Positions 1-14,993 of a stretch of DNA of 64,000 bases are shown here, piece after piece. A program made the translations under genes and the position numbers. The notes below the pieces were generated by a model. It saw nothing but the letters and a program-made list of their open reading frames with translations, was not told the origin of the DNA and ran no database searches. The stretch spans positions 248,001 to 312,000 of the forward strand of contig JBODTK010000001.1 of NCBI GenBank assembly GCA_050613775.1. Reading direction: 5' to 3'. Source of the stretch: Neocallimastix sp. 'constans' (Eukaryota). Positions within the stretch are counted from its first letter, which is position 1, and each line of letters opens with the position of its first letter.

Positions 1-1901
1 TTAACTTTAAAAAAAAAAAAAAAAAGGTAATTTTTATTCATTTATATACTAAATTTTTTTAATATAAATAACTATATTAAAAAATACTTTCAAATATATT
101 AAAAATATATATATATAAAAAAATAAAAAATTAATGTTAATACAAAAATATAAAAGATGAAACTTAATTTTCTTATTATTTCACGGTTTTAATAAATGAA
201 CATTAAATCAATAATTAAATTCTACCTGCTTTGTTTTTGTTTTTGTTTTTGTTTTTGTTTTATGTTCTTATAATACATTATAATATATAGATGACATATA
301 TTAACTGAATTATTTATTATTTAATAATTGTATTGAATCAAATTTTATTTATTAAAATTTATTTATTAATAGTTATTATTAAAATTTATTATTAAAATTT
401 ATTTATTAATAGTTATTATTAAAATTATTAAAAGTTATTTGTTCAAATGTATATTAAATTTTTTTTTAATTTGATAAAAAAAAAAAAAAACTTTAATAAG
501 CTATATTTGTTATTGAAAATAAATTAAAATTTTTGTCACACAAATCATCCTTATCTTATCTTATTCTTATTTATTTTTTTATTTTATTTTTTATATTATT
601 TTATTTTTTATTTAGGAATGAACTTTATTCTTATTTATTTTTTTATTTTATTTTTTATTTAATTTAATTTTAGGAATGAACTTTATTCTTATTTATTTTA
701 TATTTTATTTTTTATTTAGGAATGAATTGATTTCACAATTTGCTATTGCTAAATTTGCTATTGCTAAATTTGTCAGTTAGTAAATGTCTATCAAAGGCAT
801 GTCTCTCATTATAATTATCAATATAATTATATCAATATATAAAACGTTAAGAGGCAGTATTAATAATATAATTTTTTCTTTTCTTTATTAATTTTATTGT
901 ATAAATATATATATTTTTTTATTTCGTTATGTATAAATGTATTCTTTTAATATGATAAATGCTTTATAACAGTTTTTTTTTTTTTTTTTTACTTTTATTT
1001 ATTTATTTTATTTATAATAAAAAAGAATTAATAATATTAAAAATTTAATAATATTTATATTTTTTATTAATATAATCATATATTTTTAAAGGATATTTAT
1101 TAACTAATACATTTAAAATAAAATAAAAAAAAATAATAATAATTTTAAATTATTATTTTAAATATATATATATATATATATAAAAGTGAACCCAAAAGAT
1201 ATAACGATTAAATATATTTATGGTAATTGTTGACTTCATAAAAATAACCGCAGTGATCATTACTTTTAAAATATATATATATATATATAAATAGATATTA
1301 TATAAATAGATATTATGTAAAACCTTTATTATTGGATATAATTATATGAAGTTCAAACAAACGAATAAATCAATTCTATTATATTCTATTTCATTTCATT
1401 TTCATTTTCATTTTTATTTTTATTCTATTTCATTTTTATTTTTATTTTATTTTTATTTCTTTAAAATGTAGAAAACAAATTTCAAATGTTTTATGAAAAT
1501 TAACCTATAAAATTTTATATGTGAATTTTAATTTATAATAAATTAATTTTAATTTATCATATGAACTTTTAGTAGCTATTTTTGATTAATTCAATTTTAT
1601 ATTATTTTATTTTATTAATGTGAACTTTATATCTATTATTTATTATTCATTATTTATTATTTATTATTTATTATTCCATTATTTATTATTAATAAATACT
1701 TATTTTATTTAGTTATTTTTTATTTATTATTCAAATATTTAATTATTTATTATTTATCATTTATTAATAAAAAAATAATTGCTATGACATTTTTAATATT
1801 TTCAAATAATTATTATTTATTTTTTAATTAATATTTTATTTGATTTATTAAAAGTTTTGATATTTTTTATATTTTCATCATAATATTAATTATTATCGTT
1901 A

Positions 1902-1949
<48 letters not shown>

Positions 1950-2206
1950 GTTATTTGTTATTTGTTATTTATTTATTTATTTATATTTTTTATAGAATTT
2001 TAATATTTAATAGATAAACCATAAAAAAAAAAAAAAATACAGAAAAAATTTTTATATAATATTCCATAATTTCCAACAATAAAGCCATATTTTCAAAATA
2101 GAAACAAAGATACATCTTCTTTTGCTACATGTTATTTTTATTTTATTTTATTTTATTTTTTTTAATTTTAAAATTTATATATTTATGTAATATTTTTGTT
2201 TTATTT

Positions 2207-2720
2207 TCGGTGTGTACCTCCCTTGGTTTCAGCCCCCCTCTCCTCATTGTCTATTTCTTGGCCGTAGAATAATTGAGGTGGTCACACACTTCCATATAGG
2301 CAGATATTGTCTCTTCTGGATAGCCTTACTAAAGCGTTTAACATTTGCGCTCTGACATACATATTATTAATGAGAATTTTTCAAGTATGCTTCTCCAATT
2401 CCTAACTTTTCTTTCAATGGAGTCGGTATAATTAAAACCATATTTAAACGTACTAGCACCCTTAGAAAAGTCAGAAAGATTGCAATTTAGTATAATATAG
2501 CTGCGTCACCAAGTAGAATATATATCTACATGGACACATGAAATCATATACCCAAATGTTAGTTATTCCATTGTAAATTATATTAAAAGACAGTGCTTGC
2601 GCAACTGTCTCAGGCCCACATTTAGTTCATTATCATGTTTATCTTACTAAGGAAATTTAGAATAATACTACATATAAGGGAGATATGACTTACCTTTAAC
2701 CCTAACCAGGGTTCGATTAT
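2207..2720 (-). mobile_element. Dispersed ~0.4-0.5 kb repeat family A, copy 1 (SINE-like or LINE 3' end)
   Basis: GC-richer island alignable by eye to 29836-30232 and, inverted, to 42830-43312 (shared blocks such as 'gatattgtctcttctggatagcctta', 'gagaattttt', 'ctccarttcctaactt'). T-rich left flank corresponds to the poly(A) tail of copy 3. Confidence 0.7.
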
Positions 2721-3040
2721 TTATATTAATAATTGTTTTAAATCTTTACATTATCTTTATATATAATAATATATTAGAAATATATTATTATATATAAAAA
2801 TTAATTAAAAATTTTTTTAACTTTAATTTTAACCATAAAAGTAAATGATGTAAATTAATAATAATAAAATTATTCCTAATACTTTAACCGTTTTACATAA
2901 ATATTTCATTTGTTTAATTGGTCTGCTTACATTATTCATGAAAATTAGACTTAAAAAAAAAAAAAAAAAAATTTTTATATTATATTAGTAAATATAAAGG
3001 TATCATCAAAACGGTCATATACCTTATAAAAGTATTTAGT

Positions 3041-3135
3041 ATTAAAGATTTCAAACAGTTAAATATTAAAGATTTCAAACAGTTAAATATTAAAGATTTC
3101 AAACAGTTAAATATTAAAGATTTCAAACAGTTAAA
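3041..3135. repeat. Tandem repeat, ~24-bp unit (attaaagatttcaaacagttaaat) x4
   Basis: Directly visible tandem copies. Confidence 0.85.
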
Positions 3136-3565
3136 TTTAATAGTTCTATGCCTTATATATTAAAAATTTTTAGCAAAATTTGATTTAATAATTGATTTTT
3201 TTTAATTCTTTTGGTTTGAAAAACTATATTTTAATTTAGTGACGATTAGTGTGACGTCCCTGAAGCGAAAATTTTTAAAATTGCGTGGAGATATATAAAG
3301 CTATTTGGATCATTATATATTATATATTATATATTATTTATTAATAGTTTTTAATTATTATTTAATATTTAATCATTATTTAGGAATTTTTATTTAATTA
3401 CTTATTATTATTATTATTATTATTAGTATTAATTGTTTATTATTTATTTATTTCTATTGGTATGTATTATTATTTAATTTGTAATAATATAAAACAAAGC
3501 ACCAATAAATATAAAACAAAAAGTTTCATATTTTCGATAAATTAAATAAATAATTACTAAATCTT

Positions 3566-4023
3566 ATAATAAATAATTGAATAATAAATAATTGAATAAT
3601 AAATAATAAATAATAAATAATAAATAATAAATAATAAATAATAAATAATAAATAATAAATAATAAATAATAAATAATAAATAATAAATAATTGAATAATA
3701 AATAATTGAATAATTAATAATAAATAATAAATAATAAATAATAAATAATAAATAATAAATAATAAATAATAAATAATAAATAATAAATAATAAATAATAA
3801 ATAATAAATAATAAATAATAAATAATAAATAATAAATAATAAATAATAAATAATAAATAATAAATAATAAATAATAAATAATAAATAATAAATAATAAAT
3901 AATAAATAATTGAATAATAAATAATAAATAATAAATAATAAATAATAAATAATTGAATAATTGAATAATTGAATAATAGATAATAAATTATAAATAATAA
4001 ATAATAATAATAAATAATAAATA
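3566..4023. repeat. (AATAAAT)n heptamer microsatellite
   Basis: Directly visible; produces the spurious ORF 3714..4043. Confidence 0.95.
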
Positions 4024-6877
4024 AATTGTACTACTATATTCATATTACTAAATATAGTAATATATTAAGTAACTAAAATAATGTGTTACAAATTTAAGTA
4101 TTAATAATATTAAATTATTTACTTTCTTGGATTCGTCAATATAAAAATATACATAACATAATATAAATAAAAATATACAAAATATATAAATAAAAATATA
4201 CAAAATATATAAATAATCTAATAGTAATATAATATATATAAATTTGTATTAAAACGTGAATTTTTAATATATTTTAATATAAAATAAATCTATTACAAAT
4301 ATAATTTAATATAAATAAATTCAAGTCCTAATATATATTTATAATATAATATATTTAATATTAATATATTCAAAAATATAAATGAAATAAATAAAAAAAA
4401 AATAATATTTCTTTTTTTTTTTTTTTTGTCATTTGTAATTTTTAATAATCGGAAGTTAAAAAAAAAAAATAAAAAAAAATTAAATTATTTTCACTTTTTT
4501 TTTAATATTAGTTATAATTAATATATGTCATTTTAGTAAATAAAAAAAATATAAAATAAAAATTTAATGACATTTCATTCATTATTGAGAAAAAAACATA
4601 TATTTAACATATTTTTTAAAAAAAAGAAAATTAAATCAAATAATATTTAAAGTATATGTACATAATCCATAATTAAATAAAAATTATCTTAAAGGTTTTA
4701 CTCAATCATTTATCATATTACTTTATATATTTATGATTTGTATATAGTTTTATTATATTAATTCAGTATATAATATAAAATCCATGTGTTTTTTATTATT
4801 TGTAGGAATTATGATTTGTATATAGTTTTATTATATTAATTCAGTAAATAATATAAAATTCATGTGTTTTTTATTATTTGTAGGAATTATAAAGTACATT
4901 TTAAGCATTTTAATATATATGCTATATCATTTATTAATGTTTAAAATAATTCATTCCCTTAATTTTTTTTAAATAATTCTTAAATCAAATCTCATATCTT
5001 CCAAAGAAAGCTAAATTTTAAATTTTAAATTTGATATTTTATATTTTATATTTCTATATTTATTATATTTTATATTTCTATATCTATATTTATTATATTT
5101 TTTATTTATTATATTTTATATTTTTTATTTATTATATTTTATATTTTATATTTCTATATTTCTATCATATTTATTTCATCATATATTATTTATTAAATGC
5201 TTATGTAATTATAAAAGTTTAAAAACCTTAAAAATATTAATTAGAGTGACATTACAGAAAAATTCAATTTATCGTGTTAAAATCATTTTTTGTTTTTTAA
5301 TTCCAAAAAAAAACTTTCATTTAATTTTGGTAAATTTAGAAATAATAATTGTATATTATAATTATCCTCGAATATAACTGGTGTAAATAATAAAATATAA
5401 CAGTATATGATAATATTAAATAATACAAAAATACAATAATAAATTATATATAATTAATTCTATGATTTGAAAAACAATAATACAATAATAAATAATAAAT
5501 AAATAAATAATAAATAATAAATAATAAATAATTAAATAATAAATAATAATTCATTCTATAATTCATGAAGTGTTGATGTTCATCAAAATTTATAAAATTT
5601 TTTTTTAATTAATATTATTCCTCATTAAAAGTCAAAATTTATAAAATTTTTTTTTAATTAATATTATTCCTCATTAAAAGTCAAAATTTATAAAATTTTT
5701 TTTTAATATTATTCCTCATTAAAAGTCAATGATAAGAATAAAATTAAAATATTTTTAAATGTATAAGGAATAATATTGTGTATTATATATTATGTATCAT
5801 GTATTTAATAATAAATAATTATGTATTATGTAATTAAACAACTTATTATTTATAATTTATTATTCAATTATTTATTTATTTGATTATTTATTTATTTATT
5901 TATTAATAAATACTCTTTTTGAAGTTATGATTAAAAGTATTCATGATTTAAATATATGAAGTAATGATATCCATAACAAATTAGAATGCATATAAATATA
6001 ACTAAAAATAAAAATAAAATAAAGTAAAATAGAATAAAATAAAATAAATAGTAAAGGAATAAAAAATAATAAATTATTAAAAGTAAAATAAAATAAAATA
6101 AATAGTAAAAGTAATAAAAAATAATAAATTATTATTAAAAGTAAAATAAAATAAAATAAAATAGATAGTAGAATATAAAAAATAATAAAAACATGGATTA
6201 AATAAAATAAAGTAGCAAATATTTTAAATGTCATCTATTTAATATATATTTATATATAGTATTTATATATATATATATTATATAATTTTGTATTATTATT
6301 TTGTTATTTAAATTTTAAAACTTTTATTTTATTTTATATAATAAGAAATAAAATATAAATTTATTTCCTTTTTTAAATGCCGTAACAACTAATGACCATT
6401 TACATACACCAAATTACACTTTCTTTTTCTGGATAAATAATATTTTTAATATATATATTTTGTATCAAAGTAAATTTTTTTAGTTAATTTTAAAATCTCA
6501 TTTATTTTATGATATTTTATATTTTATTATTATTTCCTCATAAATAGCATTAACAAATGATTATCATTTTCATATTTCAAGTAATACTTTTTTTTTCTTT
6601 TTCTTTTTCTAAATATATTATAATTCATTAAAATGTTCTAAAGTAGTATTTTTTACAATGGAACAAATAATATCTACTTTATATTTCAGTTTTAATTCTT
6701 TTTAATTCTTCCTTTTTAATTTTAGTATTTAAGATTTACCACTTATTTAATTAATTAATTAATTGGCATTCGGTTATGCGAACGTTTCAGACATAATTTT
6801 AATTTTATCATCAGAGTCAGCTGGTATACATTTTTATTAATTATCAATAAAATTAGAGGAAAAAAAAAATATTTGAT

Positions 6878-8715
6878 ATATTTATTATTTATTATTTATT
6901 ATTTATTATTTATTATTTATTATTTACTATTTATTATTTATTATTTATTATTTATTATTTACTATTTATTATTTATTATTTATTATTTATTATTTATTAT
7001 TTATTATTTATTATTTATTATTTATTATTTATTATTTATTATTTATTATTTATTATTTATTATTTATTATTTATTATTTATTATTTATTATTTATTATTT
7101 ATTATTTATTATTTATTATTTATTATTTATTATTTATTATTTATTATTTATTATTTATTATTTATTATTTATTATTTATTATTTATTATTTATTAATAAT
7201 TATTCTATTATTTATTTATTATTTACTTATTATTTATTATTTATTATTTATTAATAATTATTCTATTATTTATTTATTATTTACTTATTATTTATTATTT
7301 ATTATTTATTATTTATTATTTATTATTTATAATTTAATTATTTAATTATTTATTATTTATTATTTATGATTTATTATTTATGATTTATTATTTATTATTT
7401 ATTCTTTATTCTTTATTATTTATTATTTATTATTTATTGTTTATTATTTATTATTTATTAATAATTATTCTATTATTTATTTATTATTTACTATTTATTA
7501 TTTATTATTTATTATTTACTATTTATTATTTATTATTTATTATTTATTATTTATTATTTATTATTTATTATTTATTATTTATTATTCAATTATTTATTAT
7601 TTATTATTTATTATTTATTATTTATTATTTATTAATAATTATTCTATTATTTATTTATTATTTACTTATTATTTATTATTTATTATTTATTATTTATTAA
7701 TAATTATTCTATTATTTATTTATTATTTACTTATTATTTATTATTTATTATTTATTATTTATTATTTATGATTTATTATTTATGATTTATTATTTATTAT
7801 TTATTCTTTATTCTTTATTATTTATTATTTATTATTTATTGTTTATTATTTATTATTTATTAATAATTATTCTATTATTTATTTATTATTTACTATTTAT
7901 TATTTATTATTTATTATTTATTATTTATTATTTATTATTTATTATTTATTATTTATTATTTATTATTTATTATTTATTATTTATTATTTATTATTTATTG
8001 TTTATTATTTATTATTTATTATTTATTATTTATTATTTATTATTTATTATTCAATTATTTATTATTTATTATTTATTATTTATTATTTATTATTTATTAT
8101 TTATTAATAATTATTCTATTATTTATTTATTATTTACTTATTATTTATTATTTATTATTTATTATTTATTATTTATTATTTATAATTTAATTATTTAATT
8201 ATTTATTATTTATTATTTATGATTTATTATTTATGATTTATTATTTATTATTTATTATTTATTAATAATTATTCTATTATTTATTATTTATGATTTATTA
8301 TTTATGATTTATGATTTATTATTTATTCTTTATTCTTTATTATTTATTATTTATTATTTATTATTTATTATTTATTATTTATTATTTATTATTTATTATT
8401 TATTATTTATTATTTATTATTTATTATTTATATTTATTATTTATTATTATTTATCATTTATTATTTATTATTTATTAATTATTATTTATTATTTATTATT
8501 TATTATTTATTATTTATTATTTATTATTTATTTATTAATAACTCTTTTTTATTATTATTTATTATTTATTTATTATTTATTAATACTCTTTATTTATTAT
8601 TTATTATTTATTATTTATATTTATTATTTATTAATACTCTTTATTTATTATTTATTATTTATTATTTATATTTATTATTTATTATTTATTATTTATTTAT
8701 TTATTATTATTTAAT
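6878..8715. repeat. (TTATTTA)n heptamer array with higher-order variant units
   Basis: Directly visible; reverse complement of the 3566-4023 array; source of the spurious IIYYLLF ORFs. Confidence 0.95.
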
Positions 8716-9201
8716 TATTTAATTTTTTTTTTTAATTACATTTAAATAACATATCTTTTTATGATTGCTAAAGCGGTCTATTCATTGATAATTATATTCT
8801 AAATTTAGATAATTAATTTTTAAATAAATAAAAAAAAAAGTATATTTTTATATATTTTTATATATTTTTTTTTATTTTTTAGTATCGTGTTACATAAAAA
8901 TAAAAATAATAAAAATTATTTTAATATAATAAAAAATTATTTGAAACAATAAAAACAAAAAATTTTTTTTTATTTTTTTAGTAATTTTTTTTATTAAATT
9001 TTTTTATTTTTTACTAAAAAAAAAAAAAAATTAAATTTCAAATACAATAAAAGGAAAAAAATAAAAAAAATTAAAATTTATTTATTTATTTATTATTTAT
9101 TTATTTATTAATAATAAAAAAAAATTAATAATAAAATTAAATTAAATAAAATTAAAAAATTATGATATAGATATAATATATATTATATATATAATATATA
9201 C

Positions 9202-9446
9202 TGTTAAAGTTCAACATAATATTTAAACTTTTGTACATTAAAGTATTATAAATATTTATAATATTTGATTAAGTAATAATTTGTATGTAAAATATAAAAA
9301 GAAAATTTTTTTTATGAAATTAATATTTTGAGTCTTTTTAAATACTTTTTTAAATCATATAAATTAATAAATAATAAATAAAATTTAATTGAAATAATAA
9401 TACATATTGTTGTGTACACATCATATCTTATATTGACTCCTTAATA
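9202..9446 (+). repeat. 5' LTR
   Basis: Starts TGTTAA, ends TTAATA (TTAACA in the 3' LTR); matches 14130-14373 with only a handful of substitutions/indels. Confidence 0.95.
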
Positions 9447-9461
9447 GATTAAGAGTCTCAT
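9447..9461 (+). promoter_or_regulatory. Primer-binding site complementary to the anticodon arm of tRNA-Lys(CUU)
   Basis: gattaagagtctcat immediately follows the 5' LTR; its reverse complement ATGAGACTCTTAATC matches the anticodon stem-loop of eukaryotic tRNA-Lys-CTT as I recall it. Confidence 0.75.
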
Positions 9462-9548
9462 ATATCAAGAGACCTATTATTAATTTTAATTTTTAAAACG
9501 TTTTAATGATTTTAATGACTTTATAATATAATTAATTATTTTATATTA

Positions 9549-12117
9549 ATGTTCCAAAGAATGGCTAAAAGAAAGAATAACAATAATAATCATATTGAAG
9601 AGAGTTCGAGTTCATCGAATTCAACTGAAAATAAGGACGATGAATCGATTTCTTCATATGAAGATGATGAATCCAATGATAAAAGGATTATCATAAACAA
9701 ATATTATGGAAATATAACTAAATCTGTTTTTGAAATTAAAGATTTCGTATTAAATAAAGAAAATTTCTTAGATTGGTATGAACCTTTAAAGAGACATCTC
9801 ATTGCCAATGATTTAGATATTTATATTGAAAAAGAAATCCAATATTCAAATATGAACAGAGGTCAAATAAAATCGGACAATGCGGTTCAATCTATCATAA
9901 TAAATAGTTTAGAAAAATAAAACCAAGAATATTTACGAGGATGTAAAACTGCTAATAGTATGATTGATAGATTAAAAAACCGTTTCTATCAATCTGGCCA
10001 AGCACTATTAAATATTCTTGAATATAAAATTATTAATCTTAAGTTAATAAAAAATGACTATATTCAATAAATTAATGAATTAAACAATCTTTTCGAACAA
10101 CATAAATTTGAATCTAATAAACTAAAAAGAATTCCTTTTGATGAGGAAACTAAACTTTTATTTGCAGTAAATGAATTAGATAGAATTGGTATAAATTCAC
10201 CACCAATTTATAGTTTATAAAACTTTTGATGATCTTATTAAAGAATTAAACAAAAGGCATGACTTTTTCGAAAAAGCCGAAATTTTAAGGTCAAAAACTA
10301 CCGTTGTAAACGATTCAAATGTCAATAATATAAATAAAAATAAACTAAATAATAATAAAAATTATAATAATTCTAATAAAATTCGTAACGAATATTATTG
10401 TCATATATGCAAAACTAAAGGTCACTCTACTGATCATTGTAAATATAATCTTTTAATTAGAGAAAATAATAAATCAGATGATAATGATAAAAGTTATAAA
10501 AATAATAATTACAAAAATAAAAATTATTATAAAAGATATAATAACAAAAATAATTATTACTCTGGAAATATTATTAATAAGAACAATGATAAATCTAATA
10601 ATAATAACAATAATTTTTTTTGAAAATAATGATGAAAATGAAGATGAAGTATACATTGATTTTACAGGAAGTATTTCAGTAATTCAAAATTGTAATTATA
10701 CAACAATAAATAATAATAATAATTCCACACATTGGATTATTGATAGTGGTACTGGCATCAACTTAACTAATAACATCAACAATTTAAACAATATAAATAA
10801 AGTACATAATAAAAATATCATTTATCCAAATGGTGATTTAGACAAGGTCGAAAATGTAGGTTCTTACAATGGTAAATTTAAAAATAAAGATTTTATATTA
10901 TCAAATGTTTATTACGCGTCAAATATTCAAAACAATCTAATTTCCACTCATTCAATATTAAAAAATGGATGCACTATTATAATGAAACGCGTAAATAACA
11001 AAGACCGTTTACAAATATTCAAAAATAATAAGTTAATTGCAAATATTTTTGCGAATGATGAAAATTTATTCGTGTTTGATACAATACCTTCAAATAATAC
11101 TATATCTAAGAATTATGTTTTCAGCATTGATACTAACTTGTGGCATGCTCGTTTGGGACACTTTTATAATAATGATATCAAAGATTTTGTCATTGAGCAT
11201 ACTAAATACCATAATGATAAAAATTGTCGCCAATGCAAAATCACTAAATTAAAGAGAAAACCATTTTACTCTTCCCCTAATAATGCTTCAAAACCTATGG
11301 AACTAGTTCATTCTGATGTAGTTGGAAAATTGGAAACATCATATAATGATTTCAATTATTATGTTACTTTTCTTGATGATTTCTCTAGAAAAATTTGGGT
11401 CTACCTTATCAAGAATAAGTATGATGTTCCTAACATATTTATTAAATTTCATAAATTTATTTCCAATACTACTTCATATAAAATTATAAATTTCAAATCT
11501 GACAATGGTACTGAGTAGATCAACAAAACTTTAACTACCTATTTAGAAAATTTTGGAATTAATTTCATTCATTCAGTTCCTGGTTACCCACAACAAAAAT
11601 GGTCGTGCTGAACGCTTAAATCAAACACTTAATCGTTGCGCATCTACTCTATTAAACTCTGCTAAGCTACCCTACAAGTTTTGGGATTCCGCTATTCTTT
11701 GTGCTGCTTACCTTTATAACTTGAATCCACATCAGAGTATTAATAATAAAATTCCAAATGAATTATTTTTCAATAAATCAGTTGATATTTCCCACCTTAA
11801 AGTTTTTGGATGTAAAGCATTTTTCTATAATAATCACAAAACGAATAAATTTGACAATAACTCTAAACCTGGTATATTTTTAGGATATGCATCTGACTCT
11901 CTTGGCTACAAAATTTTAGATATTTCTACTAACTCTATAGTTACTTCAAGAGATGTTTATTTTATGGAAGATATGCCTGGAACTATAAATACTACATTCT
12001 TTTGTGACAAATATATTGATTCTATTATTAATTTTAAGGATTCTTTAATTGAGGGGGAAAGTATAAATGATAATAATAATATTCATTCACAATTAAATAA
12101 TCCTTTAAATAATAATA

Positions 12118-12179
<62 letters not shown>

Positions 12180-14013
12180 TATGATAATAACAATGATATT
12201 TATAATAATGATGTTAATAATAATTATGATAATTACAAAGATATTTATAATAATGACAATAATAATAATAATAGTAATAAAATTATTAATAATAATAATG
12301 GAACTAAAATAGACGAAAATGAATATGATAGTGAATCTGATAATGAATTTTTAAATGAAAGAAAACTTAAATATATAAACAAGAAAAGATCACATAGCAA
12401 TAATTCAGATGATTCAGATGAAGAAAATTTAACTTCCAGAAAAGAAAAATTACAATCAGTAAGTAAATAAAAGATTTAAAATTTTAAATATTAAAACAAA
12501 TATCCCAACAACGTATCAACAAGCTATTAATTCACCAGAAAGTGAATAATGGAAAGAAGCAATAGATGACGAATTAAAAAATATGTACGACAACAATGTT
12601 ATGAAAGTGGTAAAAAACATACCAGCTGACGCAAATATAATTGGTACTAAATGGGTCTTTGCCGAAAAGGATAAAAAGAAGAAAAAGGCAAGATTAGTGG
12701 CTCTTGGTTGTCAGCAAATTGCTGGAGATGATTTTTATAGAGACATACTCCCCAACAGTCCAAGCAGATAGTATAAGACTTACGGTCGCTATTGCATCAA
12801 AGTTCAACTGGGATTTGAAACAATTGGATATAAAAGCTGCTTACTTGAATGCAGATTTGGAAGAAAAGATTTATACAAAGATTCCTTATGGTGATAAAAA
12901 TTTTAATACTAATAAATTCTGGCTACTTAAAAAAGCTCTTTATGGTTTAAAACAGGCTGGAAGAATGTGGTATAATGAAATATCACATTACTTAGTAAGT
13001 ATAGGTTTTAGAAAATACAAAACTGACAAATGTCTCTTTGGGAAATATAATAAAAATAATAAATTAACATGTTTACTAACATTATATGTAGATAATATTT
13101 TAATAACAGGAATTAAAAATGAAATAAACTATACAGTAAACAAATTAAAAGATAAATATAAAATTTCTAAAGATTCTAATGCAACTAAAATAATAAGGTA
13201 TAAATATTTATAAAACAAGTGATGGTTATAAAATAAATCAGATAGATTATATTAATAAAATAATAGAAAAATATAATATGAAGAAAACAAAACAAATAAA
13301 AACACCATGCAGGAAAATTACAGAATATGAAAGAAATAATTCAAATTTAATAGATCCAAAAGAATATAAATCTTTACTTGGTGCGTTACTATATATCGCT
13401 GTAAAGTCAAGGCCTGATATAATGTTTTCTGTAAGTGAAGCCTCAAGAATATGTGAAAATCCAACAGAAGCTGATTATAAAAATTTAATGAGCATCTTAC
13501 AATATTTAAATGGTACAAAAAATAAATCTTTACATTATAATAAAAATAATAAATTTATCGGATACTCAGATTCAGATTTTTGCTAACGATGAAAAGACGA
13601 GAAGATCTACAAGTGGATATATATTTTTACTTGAAAAAGGCCCTATTTCATGGAAATCTCAGTTACAGAAAAATGTAACTTTATCTACTGCTGAAGCTGA
13701 ATTTGTTAGTTTAACTGAATGTACTAAACAAGCTTTATGGTTCAAAAATTTATTTAAGGAAATATTTAATCAAGATATAAAATTTAAAATTATGGTAGAT
13801 AATAAAGCATGCATTGTAATTGCTCAAGATACAAATTCTAAAGGAAGATGTAAGCATATAGACTTAAGATATAAATTTATTCAAGAAGAGATTATGAAAA
13901 AGGAAATTGAATTAGAATACATTAATACTGAAAACATGTTAGCTGATCCATTAACTAAAAGTATCTCAGGAGTACAAATGACAAAATTTACAAATTTAAT
14001 TTTCAAAGAATAA
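9549..14013 (+). pseudogene. Copia gag-pol polyprotein, disrupted by stops and frameshifts
   Basis: Zinc knuckle CHICKTKGHSTDHC (10399-10440), protease WIIDSGT, LWHARLGH, integrase HSDVVG/DDFSRK/SDNGTE*/NGRAERLN, RT QLDIKAAYLNA/KALYGLKQ/YVDN (YVDD mutated), RNase H YSDSDF/ADPLTK; split across ORFs 9549, 10478, 11553, 12583, 12704, 13278, 13510. Confidence 0.95.
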
Positions 14014-14043
14014 TATTTCTTTAATTGTATATATATATATATA

Positions 14044-14083
<40 letters not shown>

Positions 14084-14129
14084 TGTATATAATAATTAAA
14101 ATATTATATAATACTTAATGTAGGGGGAA

Positions 14130-14373
14130 TGTTAAAAGTTCAACATATTATTTAAACTTTTGTACATTAAAGTATTATAAATATTTATAATATTTGATTA
14201 AGTAATAATTTGTATGTAAAATATAAAAAGAAAATTTTTTTATGAAATTAATATTTTGAGTCTTTTTAAATACTTTTTTAAATCGTATAAATTAATAAAT
14301 AATAAATAAAATTTAATTAAATAATAATACATTTTGTTGTGTACACATCATATCTTATATTGACTCCTTAACA
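14130..14373 (+). repeat. 3' LTR
   Basis: TGTTAA...TTAACA, preceded by the PPT; direct repeat of 9202-9446. Confidence 0.95.
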
Positions 14374-14949
14374 TATATAATATTATTTCTTACTTATATT
14401 AACTATTAATGTATATGATAGTTAATAAATGCTGAAACAAGATATAAAATAAACAAGATATAAAATAAAAATATGTAATTTTTTTATACAAAGAAAATAT
14501 CCTTAAACATATATCTCATATATATATGTATCTGTGTATTTTATATATATTATCAAAGTCCTATTAAATATAAGTATAATAAATTCATAAATCATATATT
14601 CATAGTATAAAGTTTTTTTTTTTTTTTTTATTTTAAATTAAAAATTAATTATAAAAAAAAAAAAAAAAAAAAACTTCATTATTATTAATATAAATATGAC
14701 TTTATATTCTTAAATATTAATGATAATTATTTTTTCATTCAATTCATTATCAATACCTATTTTTTTTTTTCTAATTGATTAAAAAATATTATAAACCTAT
14801 TTATTATTATTATTTATTTCTAAATTTTAGATGAATAGACTTTATATAATTATAAAAATATAAATGAAATATTTTATTTTTCTGATAATTATTATTTTCA
14901 AACTCAATAACAATATTATTAAATCATGTTGAATAATAAAAATTATATT

Positions 14950-14993
<44 letters not shown>

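Larger units (their letters stand above)
9202..14373 (+). mobile_element. Full-length, decayed Ty1/copia LTR retrotransposon
   Basis: Two ~245-bp LTRs; near-identical 5-bp TSD (tatac 9197-9201 / tatat 14374-14378); PBS at 9447; PPT agggggaa at 14122-14129; internal domain order gag-PR-IN-RT-RH, diagnostic of copia. Confidence 0.97.

Noticed and set aside
2695..2710. Telomere-like taaccctaacc (similar at ~35458 and ~59557)
   Set aside because: Only one or two units; two of the three lie inside dispersed repeats.
3714..8714. Hydrophobic I/Y/L/F ORFs (3714, 5031, 5941, 6873, 7380, 7782, 8304; similarly 31605, 39528, 39574, 40771, 58514)
   Set aside because: Translations of AT microsatellites; no coding signal.
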